A DNA stretch of 60,411 bases, filler included, from 5 parts of 5 records of this genome joined end to end with filler, not necessarily neighbours in it; one strand, 5' to 3'. Shown: positions 1-12,419, numbered from the whole stretch's first letter. The notes: generated by a model not told the origin, from the sequence alone. Numbers and translations are program-made.

Positions 1-153
1 GGTCTTTCCCGACCCCGATGGCCCCAACATCGTCAGGAACTCGCCCTTGGGCATGGTCAGGTTCAGATCCTTGACGACAAGCGTTTCGCCGTCATAGCTC
101 TTTTGCACGCGTTCGAAGGCGACGAATGCATCGCCGCTGGTCCCATCAGCCAA
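1..153 (-). CDS. ABC transporter ATP-binding protein, PotA/polyamine-like (5' part only, runs off window start)
   Basis: Manual translation from TTG at 153, preceded by GGGGAG: LADGTSGDAFVAFERVQKSYDGETLVVKDLNLTMPKGEFLTMLGPSGSGKT, ending in the Walker A motif. Confidence 0.85.
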   Translation of the reverse strand, partial: MADGTSGDAFVAFERVQKSYDGETLVVKDLNLTMPKGEFLTMLGPSGSGKT

Positions 154-509
154 GGCAGGCTCCCCGTGTTGTGGTTCCGCGGATTTGTTCCGCTGTCTTG
201 GGCTCATACTAAAGCGGCTGACGCCCTTGGTTGCAAGCTTCTCGCCCTTTGATGCGCAATCACACAGCAAATCCGGCACATCCGGTTACAATTGCGGCAT
301 CCGGCAGGACAAAGTTCGGGCAAAGCCGCGAAACTCAGGCGCTCTGCCTCCGTGTAACTGGGTAGAGGCCGTCGGAACCGCCACAAAAACTCACGGGACC
401 GGGGACTCACCCGCGAAGGCCGGGACGCCGGCGCGGCGCTGCAAGCCTTTGAATCCATGCCACCGGCAGCTATCCTGTCCGCCATGACACGACTTCCGAC
501 AGGACCGGC

Positions 510-1670
510 ATGACCCTTCTGACCCAGACCGAGCGCATCCTCTCCGACCTGATCGCCTTCCCCACGGTCTCGGCGGACAGCAATCTTGCGATGATGGACT
601 ACATGGCCGGCTGGCTCGAGGGGCTGGGCGCGCGCGTCGACCTGTTTCGCGACCCCTCCGGCACCAAGGCCAACCTCTTCGCCACGCTGGGCCCCGAGGG
701 CGACGGCGGCATCGTGCTGTCGGGGCATTCCGACGTGGTGCCGGTGGCCGATCAGGACTGGGCCCGCCCGCCCTTCGAGATGACCGAGGGCGGCGGCCTG
801 CTTTATGGGCGCGGCACCTGCGACATGAAGGGCTTCATCGCCGCGGCGCTGGCCATGGCCCCGCAGTATGCCGCGCAAAGCCTGCGCCGCCCGCTGCATT
901 TCTGCTTCACCCATGACGAAGAGGTGGGCTGCCTCGGCGCCCGCGCGCTGGTGCCCGAATTGCAGGCGCGGGGCATCAGGCCCGCCATCGCCATCATCGG
1001 CGAGCCGACCGAGATGCGCATCATCGAGGGCCACAAGGGCTGCTGCGAATACACGGTGCGTTTCACCGGGCTCGAGGGTCACGGCTCCGCCCCCGACCAC
1101 GGCGTCAACGCGGTCGGCTACGCCGTGCGCTACGTCACCCGCCTGCTGGAACTGGCCGAGGCGCTGAAGGCCCGCGCGCCCGCCGGATCGCGCTTCGACC
1201 CGCCCTGGACCACCGTCAACATCGGCAGGCTGTCGGGGGGCGTCGCGCATAACGTCATCCCCGGCAAGGCCGAGATCGACTGGGAGATGCGCCCGGTCGC
1301 ATGGTCCGACGCAGATTTCGTCAAGGAGGCCATCTCGCGGCTGGTCGAGGACGACCTGCTGCCCGCCATGCGCGCCGTCTGTCCCTCGGCCTCGATCACC
1401 ACCGAGGTCATCGGCGAGGTCGTGGGCCTCGCGCCGATGGAGGACAACGCGGCGCGCGACCTCGTGCGGCGCCTGACCGGGCAGAACGCCTGCGAACTCG
1501 TGCCCTTCGGCACCGAGGCGGGTCTGTTTCAGGCCATGGGGATGAGCGTCGTGGTCTGCGGCCCGGGCGCCATCGCGCAGGCGCACAAACCCGACGAGTA
1601 CGTCTCGCGCGACCAGATGATGCAATGCCTCGAAATGCTGAAGGGGCTGGGGCGGACGCTGGCGGCCTGA
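510..1670 (+). CDS. argE: Acetylornithine deacetylase (M20 peptidase family)
   Basis: SGHSDVVP, GRGTCDMKGF, DEEVGC, GEPT and AQAHKPDE metal-binding motifs; AGGA SD upstream. Confidence 0.9.
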   Translation: MTLLTQTERILSDLIAFPTVSADSNLAMMDYMAGWLEGLGARVDLFRDPSGTKANLFATLGPEGDGGIVLSGHSDVVPVADQDWARPPFEMTEGGGLLYGRGTCDMKGFIAAALAMAPQYAAQSLRRPLHFCFTHDEEVGCLGARALVPELQARGIRPAIAIIGEPTEMRIIEGHKGCCEYTVRFTGLEGHGSAPDHGVNAVGYAVRYVTRLLELAEALKARAPAGSRFDPPWTTVNIGRLSGGVAHNVIPGKAEIDWEMRPVAWSDADFVKEAISRLVEDDLLPAMRAVCPSASITTEVIGEVVGLAPMEDNAARDLVRRLTGQNACELVPFGTEAGLFQAMGMSVVVCGPGAIAQAHKPDEYVSRDQMMQCLEMLKGLGRTLAA

Positions 1671-1726
1671 ACGCGCTGCGGGATGGCGGGCGGGGCGATG
1701 TGGCCCCTGCCACGAGCGCCCGACCG

Positions 1727-2242
1727 TCAGCCCGCGAAGGTCTCGGGGACGATCAGCCGGGTGCCCGGGCCGATGCGCCCGACCAGCCAACGCAGGTGAA
1801 GCGGCGCGAAAGCGACGCAGCCCTCGGTCTCGAACCCCGGCCTGCGCCAGCGGTGCAGGAAGATGGCCGATCCGCGCCCCGGCTCTGCCTCGGGCCAGTT
1901 CCAGTCGGTCAGCAGCACCAGATCATACAGCGGATCGCCCCGCCGCAGCCGCTCGTGGCTGGGCGCATAGGGCGCCCGCACGAGCTGGTTGTAGGCCGCA
2001 TCCCCGGGATCGTCCGACCACAGGTCGCCGGGGCGGATCGGCAGCGCCCACCATGCCGGTTTCGCCATTCGGTCGGGACGGTAGAGCATCGCGGTGATGC
2101 GATGCTCCCCCGCGGGCGTCGCGCCGTCGCCTTCGCGCTTGTCGGTGCGGATGCCGCCGCGCCCCACCGTGCAGGGCAGGATGTGCCCGGCAAACCGCAC
2201 CCCCGTGCGCGTCAGGACCAAGTCCGCCGGGCTCGTGCTCAC
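1727..2242 (-). CDS. L,D-transpeptidase (YkuD-like) family protein
   Basis: [17 protein letters not shown] and GSAIFLH...TEGCVA (His/Cys catalytic pair). GTG start overlaps the upstream TGA (GTGA). The longer ORF-track N-terminus is out-of-frame overlap with the upstream gene. Confidence 0.85.
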   Translation of the reverse strand: MSTSPADLVLTRTGVRFAGHILPCTVGRGGIRTDKREGDGATPAGEHRITAMLYRPDRMAKPAWWALPIRPGDLWSDDPGDAAYNQLVRAPYAPSHERLRRGDPLYDLVLLTDWNWPEAEPGRGSAIFLHRWRRPGFETEGCVAFAPLHLRWLVGRIGPGTRLIVPETFAG

Positions 2243-3240
2243 GCCGGGACCGCCACGTTGCACTCCCGAAGGACCTCTGCCGCGATCTCGAAGCTGCGCA
2301 GCCGCGCCGCGTGATCGTGGATCTGCCCCGTCAGGATCACCTCGTCCGGGCGGTGCACCTCGACCAGCCGCCCGATCTGCTCGCGCACCTGCGCGGGCGT
2401 GCCAACGGCGCTGATGCGCAGCGCCTCGTTCAGAGCGGGCATCGCGCCTGCCGGCACCACCGAGGCCAGATCGTCCACCGGTGCGGGCAGCTTGCCCGGC
2501 TTGCCGGTGCGCAGCCGGTAGAAGGCCTGCTGCATCGTGGTGCGCAGGCGGTGCGCCTCGGCCTCCGTATCGGCGGCGAAGACATTGATCGCCAGCATCG
2601 CGTGCGGCTTCGACAGCGTCTCGGAGGGGCGGAAATGGTGCCGGTAGACCTCCAGCGCCTGCTCTAGCGCGGCGGGGGCGAAGTGCGAGGCGAAGGCATA
2701 GGGCAGCCCCAGCGCGGCGGCCACCTGCGCCCCGTAGAGCGAGGAGCCCAGCACCCAAAGCGGCACCTCCGTCCCCTCGCCCGGCAGCGCGCGCACGGCG
2801 CGGTTCGGCTGCGGCGGCCCGAAGAGGTCGCGCAGTTCCGCCACCTCGTTGGGGAAGTTCTCGGCCCGCTCGTGATGCACGCCCAGCGCCCGCATCACCG
2901 CGTGATCGCCGCCCGGCGCACGGCCAAGGCCAAGGTCGATGCGCCCGGGATAGAGCGTCGCCAGCGTGCCGAAGGCCTCGGCCACCGCAAGCGGCGCATG
3001 GTTCGGCAGCATGATCCCGCCCGCGCCGACGCGGATCGTCTTCGTCAGACCGGCCACGTGGCCGATCAGCACCGCCGTCGCCGCCGAGGCGATGCCGGGC
3101 ATGTTGTGATGTTCCGCCAGCCAGTAGCGGTGGTAGCCCCAGCGCTCGGCATGGACGGCAAGGTCCCCGGTGTTCTTCAGGGCCTGCGCGGCGTCGTGCC
3201 CCTCGGGGACCGGTGCCAGATCGAGCAGCGAATAATGCAT
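2239..3240 (-). CDS. LLM class flavin-dependent oxidoreductase (luciferase-like, YhbW type)
   Basis: [39 protein letters not shown] and FASHFAP motifs. Confidence 0.9.
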   Translation of the reverse strand: MHYSLLDLAPVPEGHDAAQALKNTGDLAVHAERWGYHRYWLAEHHNMPGIASAATAVLIGHVAGLTKTIRVGAGGIMLPNHAPLAVAEAFGTLATLYPGRIDLGLGRAPGGDHAVMRALGVHHERAENFPNEVAELRDLFGPPQPNRAVRALPGEGTEVPLWVLGSSLYGAQVAAALGLPYAFASHFAPAALEQALEVYRHHFRPSETLSKPHAMLAINVFAADTEAEAHRLRTTMQQAFYRLRTGKPGKLPAPVDDLASVVPAGAMPALNEALRISAVGTPAQVREQIGRLVEVHRPDEVILTGQIHDHAARLRSFEIAAEVLRECNVAVPA

Positions 3241-3357
3241 GGCGGCTCTCCTTTCGGTCTTCTATCTAAGCGCGCCACGGCCCTGTGCAACGGGTGGGCT
3301 GGTCTGCGTCCGGCGACGGTGAGGGGGCGTCATGCCACAGGTATGCTTTCAGCATGA

Positions 3358-3404
3358 CCCCCGCTGCTGGCGCAGCCCCCCGAGGTATTTTCGGACCAGA
3401 GAAG
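3358..3404. repeat. Short intergenic palindromic repeat-like element
   Basis: CCCCCGCTGCTGGCGCAGCCCCCCGAGGTATTTTCGGACCAGAGAAG resembles intergenic repeats of Rhodobacteraceae as I recall them; only one copy is in the window. Confidence 0.35.
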
Positions 3405-3416
3405 CGCAGGGTGTGC

Positions 3417-4496
3417 TTAAAGCAGATGGCCCGACTTCTGCGCCTTCACCGCAAGGTAGCGCGCGTTCTGCGGCGTCTCGCCGACCTTCAGGGGCACGCG
3501 CTCTGCCACGGCGACGCCCGAGCGTTCCATCATGGCGATCTTGGCGGGGTTGTTGGTCAGCAGCCTGACCGAGGAAAACCCCAGTGCCTGAAGCATCTGC
3601 GCGCCAAGGCGGAAGTCGCGCTCGTCATCCTCGAATCCCAGCCGGTGGTTCGCCTCGACCGTGTCGAAACCCTGATCCTGAAGCGCATAGGCGCGCATCT
3701 TGTTGGCCAGCCCGATGCCACGCCCCTCTTGCTGCAGGTAGAGAAGCACTCCGGCCCCCTCCTGCCCCATCTGCGCCAGCGCCGCGTTCAACTGCGGGCC
3801 GCAGTCGCATTTCAGCGACCCCAGCAGGTCGCCGGTGAAACAGGCGGAATGCAGGCGCGCCAGCACCGGCGCGGCCCGATCCGGGCGCCCGATCTCGATG
3901 GCGTAATGCTCTTCGGAGCCGTCCTCGGGGCGCCAGATGTGCAGCCTCGCCTGTTCCGCCGCCCGCAACGGCACCCGCGCCGCGATGACGTGGCCCAGAT
4001 GCGGCAGCGCCTCCATGATGCCCGCGGCCTCGACCGCCGGGATGCGTACCAGCCCGTCCAGAGCCTGCCCCGCCGCAACCGGCACCACCAGCGCGGCGGG
4101 CAGAAGCCGCGCCGCCTTGCACAGGCGCACCGCCAGCCGCTGCAACTCCGCCGAACCGCCGCGCCGCGTTTCCAGCGGCCCCTTCATCGGGCGGTCCATG
4201 TCGTCGGCCGGGTCCGCCACGCCGTTCAGCCAGACGAGCCCGGCGTCTTCGGGCACCACCACCCGCGCCACGTCGCCGTCATAGGCCCGCGCCTTCAGCG
4301 TCTCGGCCCGCCGCGCGGTCAGCACCAGATCCGGCGCACCCAGCGCCCGCAGCGCCGCCAGCCGATCCGCGCCCAGCGTCTCGACCGAGGCGCAGACCAC
4401 CGCGCCCTCCGCGCCCTCCAGCACCACCGGCACGCCCATGCGCAGGTCGCCGCGCGCCCGCGCCAGCACTTCGTTCAGATCCGGTCCAAGCGCCAT
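3417..4496 (-). CDS. ribA: GTP cyclohydrolase II with degenerate RibB-like N-terminal region
   Basis: [31 protein letters not shown] and LLTNNP motifs; start at MALGPDL after GGAGGG. Confidence 0.9.
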   Translation of the reverse strand: MALGPDLNEVLARARGDLRMGVPVVLEGAEGAVVCASVETLGADRLAALRALGAPDLVLTARRAETLKARAYDGDVARVVVPEDAGLVWLNGVADPADDMDRPMKGPLETRRGGSAELQRLAVRLCKAARLLPAALVVPVAAGQALDGLVRIPAVEAAGIMEALPHLGHVIAARVPLRAAEQARLHIWRPEDGSEEHYAIEIGRPDRAAPVLARLHSACFTGDLLGSLKCDCGPQLNAALAQMGQEGAGVLLYLQQEGRGIGLANKMRAYALQDQGFDTVEANHRLGFEDDERDFRLGAQMLQALGFSSVRLLTNNPAKIAMMERSGVAVAERVPLKVGETPQNARYLAVKAQKSGHLL

Positions 4497-4636
4497 GACG
4501 CCCTCCGTTCCGGCCACCCATGGCCTGTAACATTCGCGCGATGCGGACACGTCCGCGTGATCGCCTGCAGCAAAACTTGCCGGGCCTCCCTGATGTCCAC
4601 ATCTCACGGAAAAGGCAACACACCGGAGGCCCCTCC

Positions 4637-5323
4637 ATGGCGCAACTGAGAAACATCCTGCTGGTCGACGACGACGAGGACCTGCGCGAGGCGCTGGCCG
4701 AACAGCTTGTCATGACGGAGGATTTCGAAGTCTTTGAAGCGGACAGCGGCGCCACCGCCATGGCCCGCGCCAAGGAACAGGCCTACGACCTGATCATCCT
4801 CGATGTCGGCCTGCCCGACACCGACGGGCGAGAGTTGTGCCGCCTGATGCGCAAGCAGGGGATCAAGTCGCCGATCCTGATGCTGACCGGCCATGACAGC
4901 GACGCCGACACGATCCTCGGCCTCGACGCGGGCGCCAACGACTACGTCACCAAGCCCTTCCGCTTTCCCGTCCTGCTGGCCCGCATCCGCGCCCAGCTGC
5001 GGCAGCACGAACAGTCCGAGGACGCGGTCTTCAACGTCGGCCCCTATACCTTCAAGCCCGCGATGAAGATGCTCGAGACGGAGGACAACAAGAAGATCCG
5101 CCTGACCGAGAAGGAGACGAACATCCTCAAGTTCCTCTACCGCTCGGCAGAGGGCGTGGTGCCGCGCGACACGCTGCTGCACGAGGTCTGGGGCTACAAC
5201 GCGGGCGTCACGACGCACACGCTGGAGACCCATATCTACCGCCTGCGCCAGAAGATCGAACCCGATCCCTCGAACGCGCGGCTCCTGGTGACGGAGTCGG
5301 GCGGCTACCGGCTCGTGTCTTGA
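4637..5323 (+). CDS. cenR: OmpR-family response regulator, CenR-like (cell envelope regulator)
   Basis: Receiver domain ([20 protein letters not shown]) plus winged helix ([29 protein letters not shown]). Divergent from ribA and near an L,D-transpeptidase, the context I recall for CenR. GGAGG SD. Confidence 0.75.
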   Translation: MAQLRNILLVDDDEDLREALAEQLVMTEDFEVFEADSGATAMARAKEQAYDLIILDVGLPDTDGRELCRLMRKQGIKSPILMLTGHDSDADTILGLDAGANDYVTKPFRFPVLLARIRAQLRQHEQSEDAVFNVGPYTFKPAMKMLETEDNKKIRLTEKETNILKFLYRSAEGVVPRDTLLHEVWGYNAGVTTHTLETHIYRLRQKIEPDPSNARLLVTESGGYRLVS

Positions 5324-5414
5324 GACATCAACCGGCGGGGGACTGCCCCCATCGGCACAACCGCAACAGTTGCGCCCAAACCGCCGGGATATAAGCCGAA
5401 TGTCGCAGAGATTT

Positions 5415-5444
5415 TTGACAGCGGCCAATGTAATATGACACAGT
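5415..5444 (+). promoter_or_regulatory. Putative promoter of the downstream sRNA
   Basis: Perfect TTGACA at 5415-5420 in an AT-richer patch; the -10 element is weak. Confidence 0.4.
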
Positions 5445-5453
5445 CATCTTCAG

Positions 5454-5539
5454 GATGACCGCAGGTTCCCGTCGCATATGCGGGTCATCATATGCACCTC
5501 CCTGTTGGACTTGGCCGGGCGTCTCGCCCGGCCTTTTTT
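5454..5539 (+). ncRNA. Putative SuhB/MmgR (alpha-r8)-like small RNA
   Basis: 5' hairpin GATGACC-GCA...TGC-G-GGTCATC, single-stranded anti-SD core CCTCCCT (5497-5503) followed by GTTGGACTT, then intrinsic terminator GGCCGGGCG-TCT-CGCCCGGCC-TTTTTT. Confidence 0.65.
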
Positions 5540-5657
5540 GTTCCGCCCCATGCGCATCCGACCGCACCCGCCCGGACCACGCAGCCCCCCCCGACAAACC
5601 TGGCCCTTCCCACGGCGGAGCACCACGAGAGGCCCGCGGATGGCTCGGCCAGACCCG

Positions 5658-6014
5658 CTAGGCGCCATCGCGATGGTCGAGGTAGTGCCGCACCGCGTCC
5701 GCGACGTGCCGAAAGCGATCCCCGCCAAGGTGCTTGCCGCCGTACCAGCGCGTGACCACGACGATCTCGTCCACGACCTCTTCGCGCTCCAGCATCCGGA
5801 GGATGACCTGCGCGGCGCCGCTTTCTCCGTCGTCGCTGCGCAAGGGGCCATCGGCGGTCAGGCAGGCCCACGTGTTATGCGTGGCCTTGGCGAATTTCTT
5901 GCGCCGCTTGAGTTCCTTCAGGAAGGCCGCGGCCTCTTCGGCAGAGCGGCAGGGGCCGCCCGACACGGCGTATCGGGACCCCCGGTCGGTGATGATGCCT
6001 TCGAAGACCTGCAT
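5658..6014 (-). CDS. YigZ/IMPACT family protein (short form)
   Basis: DRGSRYAV, KATHNTWA, DDGESGA and VVTRWYGGKHLG motifs; start MQVFEG. Confidence 0.85.
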   Translation of the reverse strand: MQVFEGIITDRGSRYAVSGGPCRSAEEAAAFLKELKRRKKFAKATHNTWACLTADGPLRSDDGESGAAQVILRMLEREEVVDEIVVVTRWYGGKHLGGDRFRHVADAVRHYLDHRDGA

Positions 6015-6108
6015 GGCACGGGGGTATTCCGCCGAAGCCTCTGCCGCAAGGCCGGGATGCCGGAAACCGTCGCCGCGCCCGTGCGTTGGCCCGCTGAAAG
6101 GACATCCC

Positions 6109-6525
6109 ATGACACCCACATTCGCTATCCAGACCTTCACCGAGTTCATGAAAGCCCGCGAGGACGCGGCGCGGGCCTATGTCACCGGACGACCCGACCT
6201 GTACCTGGAACTGTCCGCGCATTCCGGCCCGGCCAGCCTCTTCGGGTCCTCGGGAGAGGTCACCACCGGCGCGGAAGCCGTCAACGAGGCCAACGCGCAG
6301 GGCGCGGCCCGCTTCGGCGCCGGGGGGAAGACCTTCTTCGAGGTGCTCGATCAGGGCGAAGCGGATGGCCTTGCCTATTGGTCGGGCTATCAGGTCTTCG
6401 AGACCAGAACCGGCGAAGGCGTGGACCTGCAGCACGAGCGTCTGCGCGTGACAGAGATCTTCCGCGCGGGCGAGGACGGCTGGAAGCTGATCCACCGCCA
6501 CGCCAGCCCGGCAGCGGAGCATTGA
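6109..6525 (+). CDS. SnoaL/NTF2-like (DUF4440-type) protein
   Basis: C-terminal LRVTEIFRAGEDGWKLIHRHAS signature; AAGGA SD. Confidence 0.75.
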   Translation: MTPTFAIQTFTEFMKAREDAARAYVTGRPDLYLELSAHSGPASLFGSSGEVTTGAEAVNEANAQGAARFGAGGKTFFEVLDQGEADGLAYWSGYQVFETRTGEGVDLQHERLRVTEIFRAGEDGWKLIHRHASPAAEH

Positions 6526-6952
6526 ACCACCTGTAAGCCGCCAGAGCGAAACCCCGCCATGGCGATCCGGCCCCTTGGGCGATCGAAGCGACATGAGCGT
6601 TGGGTCTGGCCCCTTGCCCCGAGGCGCCAACCAGTACCGCGCGCAACAATCCGGCGCGCCCCGCCCGAGGGCGGTAGGGCCTTGGCTTCATCAGCCAAGG
6701 CCCTCGCCGTGCGCCCGGTCCGTGAGTGTACACAGGGGTCGCAACCAACGAGACGCCTTCTGACAGGTTTACCTTATACCGCAATACGTAAAGATATCCT
6801 GAACGGCTGCATTCTCCGCTGACGCTGCGTCACAATCCCGTCATGGTCGGCGCAAGCCCCCATTCCGTTGGAAGCCCCGGCACCGGACCCGTCAGTCGCC
6901 ACCCCAGCGCAGGGTGGAGCGCATCCCGGCCCGTCATCCGCCCCCCGAAATT

Positions 6953-6982
6953 AAAAAACGCCCCACGGTTTCCCGCGGGGCG
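6953..6982 (-). terminator. Intrinsic terminator of pnp
   Basis: AAAAAA followed by CGCCCC...GGGGCG hairpin, just downstream of the pnp stop on the - strand. Confidence 0.7.
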
Positions 6983-7014
6983 CTTCGTCGGTCAAAAGGC
7001 GTCGAGCCTGCCGA

Positions 7015-7276
7015 TCACTCGGCGGTCTCTTCCTTCGCCTCTTTTTCCAGCTCCTTGCCGGTCTCCTGATCGACCATCTTCATCGCAAGGCGCACCTTGC
7101 CACGGTCGTCGAAGCCCAGCAGCTTCACGTAGACTTCCTGGCCTTCCTTCAGCACGTCCGAAGGATGGTTCAGGCGGCGGTTCTCGATCTGCGAGACATG
7201 CACGAGGCCGTCCCGCTTGCCGAAGAAGTTCACGAAAGCGCCGAAGTCGACGATCTTCACGACCTTGCCCTTGTAG
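7015..7276 (-). CDS. pnp: Polyribonucleotide nucleotidyltransferase, C-terminal S1 domain (partial)
   Basis: [24 protein letters not shown]...[20 protein letters not shown], typical of the alphaproteobacterial PNPase C-terminus. Confidence 0.9.
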
Positions 7277-7376
7277 NNNNNNNNNNNNNNNNNNNNNNNN
7301 NNNNNNNNNNNNNNNNNNNNTTAATTAATTAANNNNNNNNNNNNNNNNNNNNNNNNNNNNNNNNNNNNNNNNNNNN
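7277..7376. other. Artificial contig spacer
   Basis: N44-TTAATTAATTAA-N44; stop codons in all frames. Confidence 0.98.
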
Positions 7377-7524
7377 ATCTGTCACCCATGTCTCGAGCCG
7401 CTCACCCCCGACCTTCGGATACGCCCTGATTGTGCCTCTGGCACGATAAGGAATACCATACATACACGATATATGGACGATATACCGACGCACTTTTGCG
7501 CTCGCCATCCGCCCCTTGCTCACT

Positions 7525-8379
7525 TCACCACCAAGGATAGCCGTCTGGCATGTCAGACGAGACCTTTCCGGGAAACGCCGGCGGACGTTTCTCCAGGAAG
7601 GCCGTAACGCCCTCTTTCACGTCCGGCGATGATCCGAGCGTCAGGGCGAACTGGCCATCGACTTTCAGTAAATCAAACGGGTCGGTCGCCGGTCCGAATC
7701 GCCAGAGCAACTGACGCACGAGAGCGACGGAGACCGGTGCCGTATTCTGCGCGATCTCGGCGACGATTCGCTTGGCCGCGGGCAACAGCTCCTCCGGCGG
7801 GTGGATTTCGCTGATCAGGCCGCCTTCCAGCGCCTCCTCGGCCCCGAACACCCTACCGGTCATGCACCAGCGCAGCGCCTGAGGCAGGCCGACCAGCTGC
7901 GGCAGGAACCAGGCACTGCCCGCTTCCGGCGGCAGGCCGCGCTGGGCGAAGACGAATCCGAATTTCGCCTTTTCTGACGCGATCTTTATATCGGTCGGCA
8001 GCACCATCGTAATGCCAACGCCAACCGCCGCGCCGTTGAACGCCGCGATCAGCGGTTTCTGGCAGGCATACATCGCACCGATAAAGCCGGCGCCGTCCCG
8101 GTCCTTGCCGGGTTCGGTGGTGCCGAAATTCTTCGCGCCTGTTCCGCTCTTTGTGTCGAAGGCGTCTGCGCCGTCGGAAATGTCGGCGCCCGCACAGAAG
8201 TGCCGGCCCGCGCCCGTGATGATGATGCCGCGGACGTCATCATCTGCATCACAGGCGCTGATTGCATCGGCGAATTCCCGGCCAAGCTGGTTCGTGAACG
8301 CATTCAGCTTTTCCGGACGATTGAGGGTAATGATGGCCGCAGGGCCATCCTTCTCAAGAAGCACCTGCTCGTAAGCCAT
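7525..8379 (-). CDS. Enoyl-CoA hydratase/crotonase family protein
   Basis: LNRPEKLNA, FCAGAD and KPLIAAFNGAAVGVG motifs. Confidence 0.9.
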   Translation of the reverse strand: MAYEQVLLEKDGPAAIITLNRPEKLNAFTNQLGREFADAISACDADDDVRGIIITGAGRHFCAGADISDGADAFDTKSGTGAKNFGTTEPGKDRDGAGFIGAMYACQKPLIAAFNGAAVGVGITMVLPTDIKIASEKAKFGFVFAQRGLPPEAGSAWFLPQLVGLPQALRWCMTGRVFGAEEALEGGLISEIHPPEELLPAAKRIVAEIAQNTAPVSVALVRQLLWRFGPATDPFDLLKVDGQFALTLGSSPDVKEGVTAFLEKRPPAFPGKVSSDMPDGYPWW

Positions 8380-8393
8380 ATGACCCTCCCCGC

Positions 8394-10201
<1,808 letters not shown>

Positions 10202-10212
10202 CTGGTCCGGTC

Positions 10213-11421
10213 CTACAGGCGCAGCTGTCCCTTGGCGAGAATGTTGCGCTGGATCTCGTTGGAACCGGCATAGATCGAACCTGCCCGGTCGTTGAAATAT
10301 TTCGCGGACGAAGTCACGCCGCTCTCCGGCCCGACCAACGGCGCATTCGATGGCGGCGCGGTCGTCACCGGCCCGCCCGGGCTGGTGTGGTGCGGCTGGA
10401 AGGGCTGCACGTAGAGGCCCGCCAATTCGATCGCGAGTTCGGTGATGTGCTGGCTGAGTTCCGTGCCGCGGATCTTCATCATCGACCCCTTGAGCCCCGG
10501 CGTGCCGCCACCGGCAAGCTCTGCCATCAGCTGCATTTCTGCCGCTTCAAGCGCGGTGGCGTTGGCTTCTGCGAGACTGATTTTGCGGGCGAAATCCGGC
10601 GTCAGCAGCTCCTGCTCTGCCGCGTGGCAGCGAAGCGCCTCCAGCCTGGCGATCAGGCGCGGACCATAGGCGTTCCCGCCCCGCTCGAATTCGAGAAGGT
10701 ATTTCGCGACCGTCCAGCCGTTATTGACTTCGCCGACGACATTTCTCTTCGGCACACGGACATCGGTGAAGAAGATCGAGTTCTGGATATGCTCGCCGGA
10801 TGTCATGATGATCGGATCGACGCGCACACCGGGTGAGTTCATGTCGATCAGGATGAAGGTGATGCCCTGTTGCAGCTTGCCGGAGGAATCCGTCCGCACA
10901 AGGCAGAAACACATGTTGGCGACGTGGCCGTGCGTGGTCCAGATCTTCTGGCCATTGCAGATGAAGTCGTCACCATCCTCGACCGCAGACATGGTCAGCG
11001 CAGCGAGGTCTGAGCCAGCGTGCGGTTCCGAATAGCCCTGGCACCAGAAATCCTCACCCGACAGGATGCGGGGCAAATAATAGTCTTTCTGCGCTTTCAA
11101 GCCATGGCCGATCAGGGCCGGGCCGCACATGCCGATCCCCATCGGCGAAAGCGGCGGCGCGCCAGCATGGGCCATTTCGACGTCGAAGATGTAGTGCTGC
11201 GCGAGGCTCCAGTCACAGCCACCATATTCCACCGGCCAGGATGGCGCCGCCCATCCCTGTTCGACAAGGATTTTCTGCCAGGCAAGGCCGATCTCTTTCT
11301 CCGCATACACGCTGGTCATGCGCGCGGCGTAGCGGCGGAGGTCTTCGGTCAGATTGTCAGCAAGGAAATCCCGCACTTCTTCGCGGAAAGCTTCCTCATC
11401 GGGTTTGAAGGCAAGATCCAT
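10213..11421 (-). CDS. Acyl-CoA dehydrogenase (PimC/FadE-like)
   Basis: WCQGYSEPHAGSDLA, NGQKIWTT and SIYAGSNEIQRNI motifs. Confidence 0.9.
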   Translation of the reverse strand: MDLAFKPDEEAFREEVRDFLADNLTEDLRRYAARMTSVYAEKEIGLAWQKILVEQGWAAPSWPVEYGGCDWSLAQHYIFDVEMAHAGAPPLSPMGIGMCGPALIGHGLKAQKDYYLPRILSGEDFWCQGYSEPHAGSDLAALTMSAVEDGDDFICNGQKIWTTHGHVANMCFCLVRTDSSGKLQQGITFILIDMNSPGVRVDPIIMTSGEHIQNSIFFTDVRVPKRNVVGEVNNGWTVAKYLLEFERGGNAYGPRLIARLEALRCHAAEQELLTPDFARKISLAEANATALEAAEMQLMAELAGGGTPGLKGSMMKIRGTELSQHITELAIELAGLYVQPFQPHHTSPGGPVTTAPPSNAPLVGPESGVTSSAKYFNDRAGSIYAGSNEIQRNILAKGQLRL

Positions 11422-11433
11422 CAGTTACTCAAC

Positions 11434-12351
11434 CTATTCTGCTGGGACAGATGCCTGGTGCGCGGCGGCCTCAAGGAGGCGGGCGCGTTCGGCATCGCTT
11501 TTCCACAGGAACGATCGCGGCAAGCCGAGGCGTTCGCTGGCATGGGCGGCAGGAGAAGACGGATCGGGGATCCGCTCGGCGGTCTTCGCCATCAGCTTCA
11601 CCGTCATTTCGCCTTTCCAGTGAAGGTTGTATTCGGGGCCGAGTTCCAGCCGTTCACGGACGGCTGGCGGCAGGATTGCCACGGCGGCATGGACAAGCGC
11701 GCTCTGCAGGCCTTTCGGCACACCCGGCGCCGCGCGGCCAGAGCACATGATGTCCAGGAATTCGGTATTGATCGGATGCGGCTCAAAGCGCGGCAGCAGC
11801 TTCTGCATCATCGCGTCGAAGTCTTCCAGGGAACGGATCGGATTCTGCACTCCGTAGAGCCGCGCAACCGGCACGCCCTCCTCGAAGAAGCGCTTCTTGT
11901 CGGCATCGGAAACCGGCTTCACGAAGCGGTCATAGGCCGTCAGGAAGCCGAAGCTCGCCGTGGCGCTGACCCAGTCGAGCAGTTCGACATCGAGGGCTTT
12001 GTAAGACTCTCCGGATGGCGTTTGCCCTTCGACACGGGCGTGCATGTTGGTGACGCCCTGGATGACGCGGCGGGCCGCATTTTGCGGACCATAGACGCCG
12101 ACCATGGCCGCGACCCCTGTGCGCTTCGAGCGGCCGATCGGATCGGTCTTGAAAACCGAATGGTCCCACACGCCGGAACGGATACGGGCATCGGCAAATT
12201 CGAGAAGCACCGCCGCCACGCCGCCGATGGCGAGCGCGATCGGATTCTTGAAGACCTGCCACGAGACGGAGTCCGGACCGGCGAAGGCCGGTTCACCGGG
12301 CGGATTCAGGTAGTCCACCTTCCAGCCGAGATAGGATTTGATCTCTGACAT
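11434..12351 (-). CDS. Oxygenase MpaB/DUF2236 family protein
   Basis: GPDSVSWQV, GVWDHSVFKTDPIGR, H..V.G and Y.A.D..LL.WV motifs. Confidence 0.8.
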   Translation of the reverse strand: MSEIKSYLGWKVDYLNPPGEPAFAGPDSVSWQVFKNPIALAIGGVAAVLLEFADARIRSGVWDHSVFKTDPIGRSKRTGVAAMVGVYGPQNAARRVIQGVTNMHARVEGQTPSGESYKALDVELLDWVSATASFGFLTAYDRFVKPVSDADKKRFFEEGVPVARLYGVQNPIRSLEDFDAMMQKLLPRFEPHPINTEFLDIMCSGRAAPGVPKGLQSALVHAAVAILPPAVRERLELGPEYNLHWKGEMTVKLMAKTAERIPDPSSPAAHASERLGLPRSFLWKSDAERARLLEAAAHQASVPAE

Positions 12352-12419
12352 GGGTTCCTCGCCTTACGTTTGCGCAAGCGTAACCCAGCCATCTCAAGTC
12401 AAAAAGGCCGTACCCGGCG

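Noticed and set aside
204-1790. 528-aa antisense ORF over argE (likewise 3285-4649, 11020-12348, 18132-19922, 40185-41588, 51666-53054)
   Set aside because: Shadow ORFs caused by high-GC codon bias opposite well-supported genes; no recognisable motifs.
6281-6784. 167-aa - strand ORF starting MRYKVNL
   Set aside because: Low-complexity R/P/G composition, no SD, and overlaps the SnoaL-like gene.
7321-7332. TTAATTAATTAA repeated four times, as a possible CtrA site or repeat family
   Set aside because: Always centred in N-runs. It is an artificial all-frame-stop linker.
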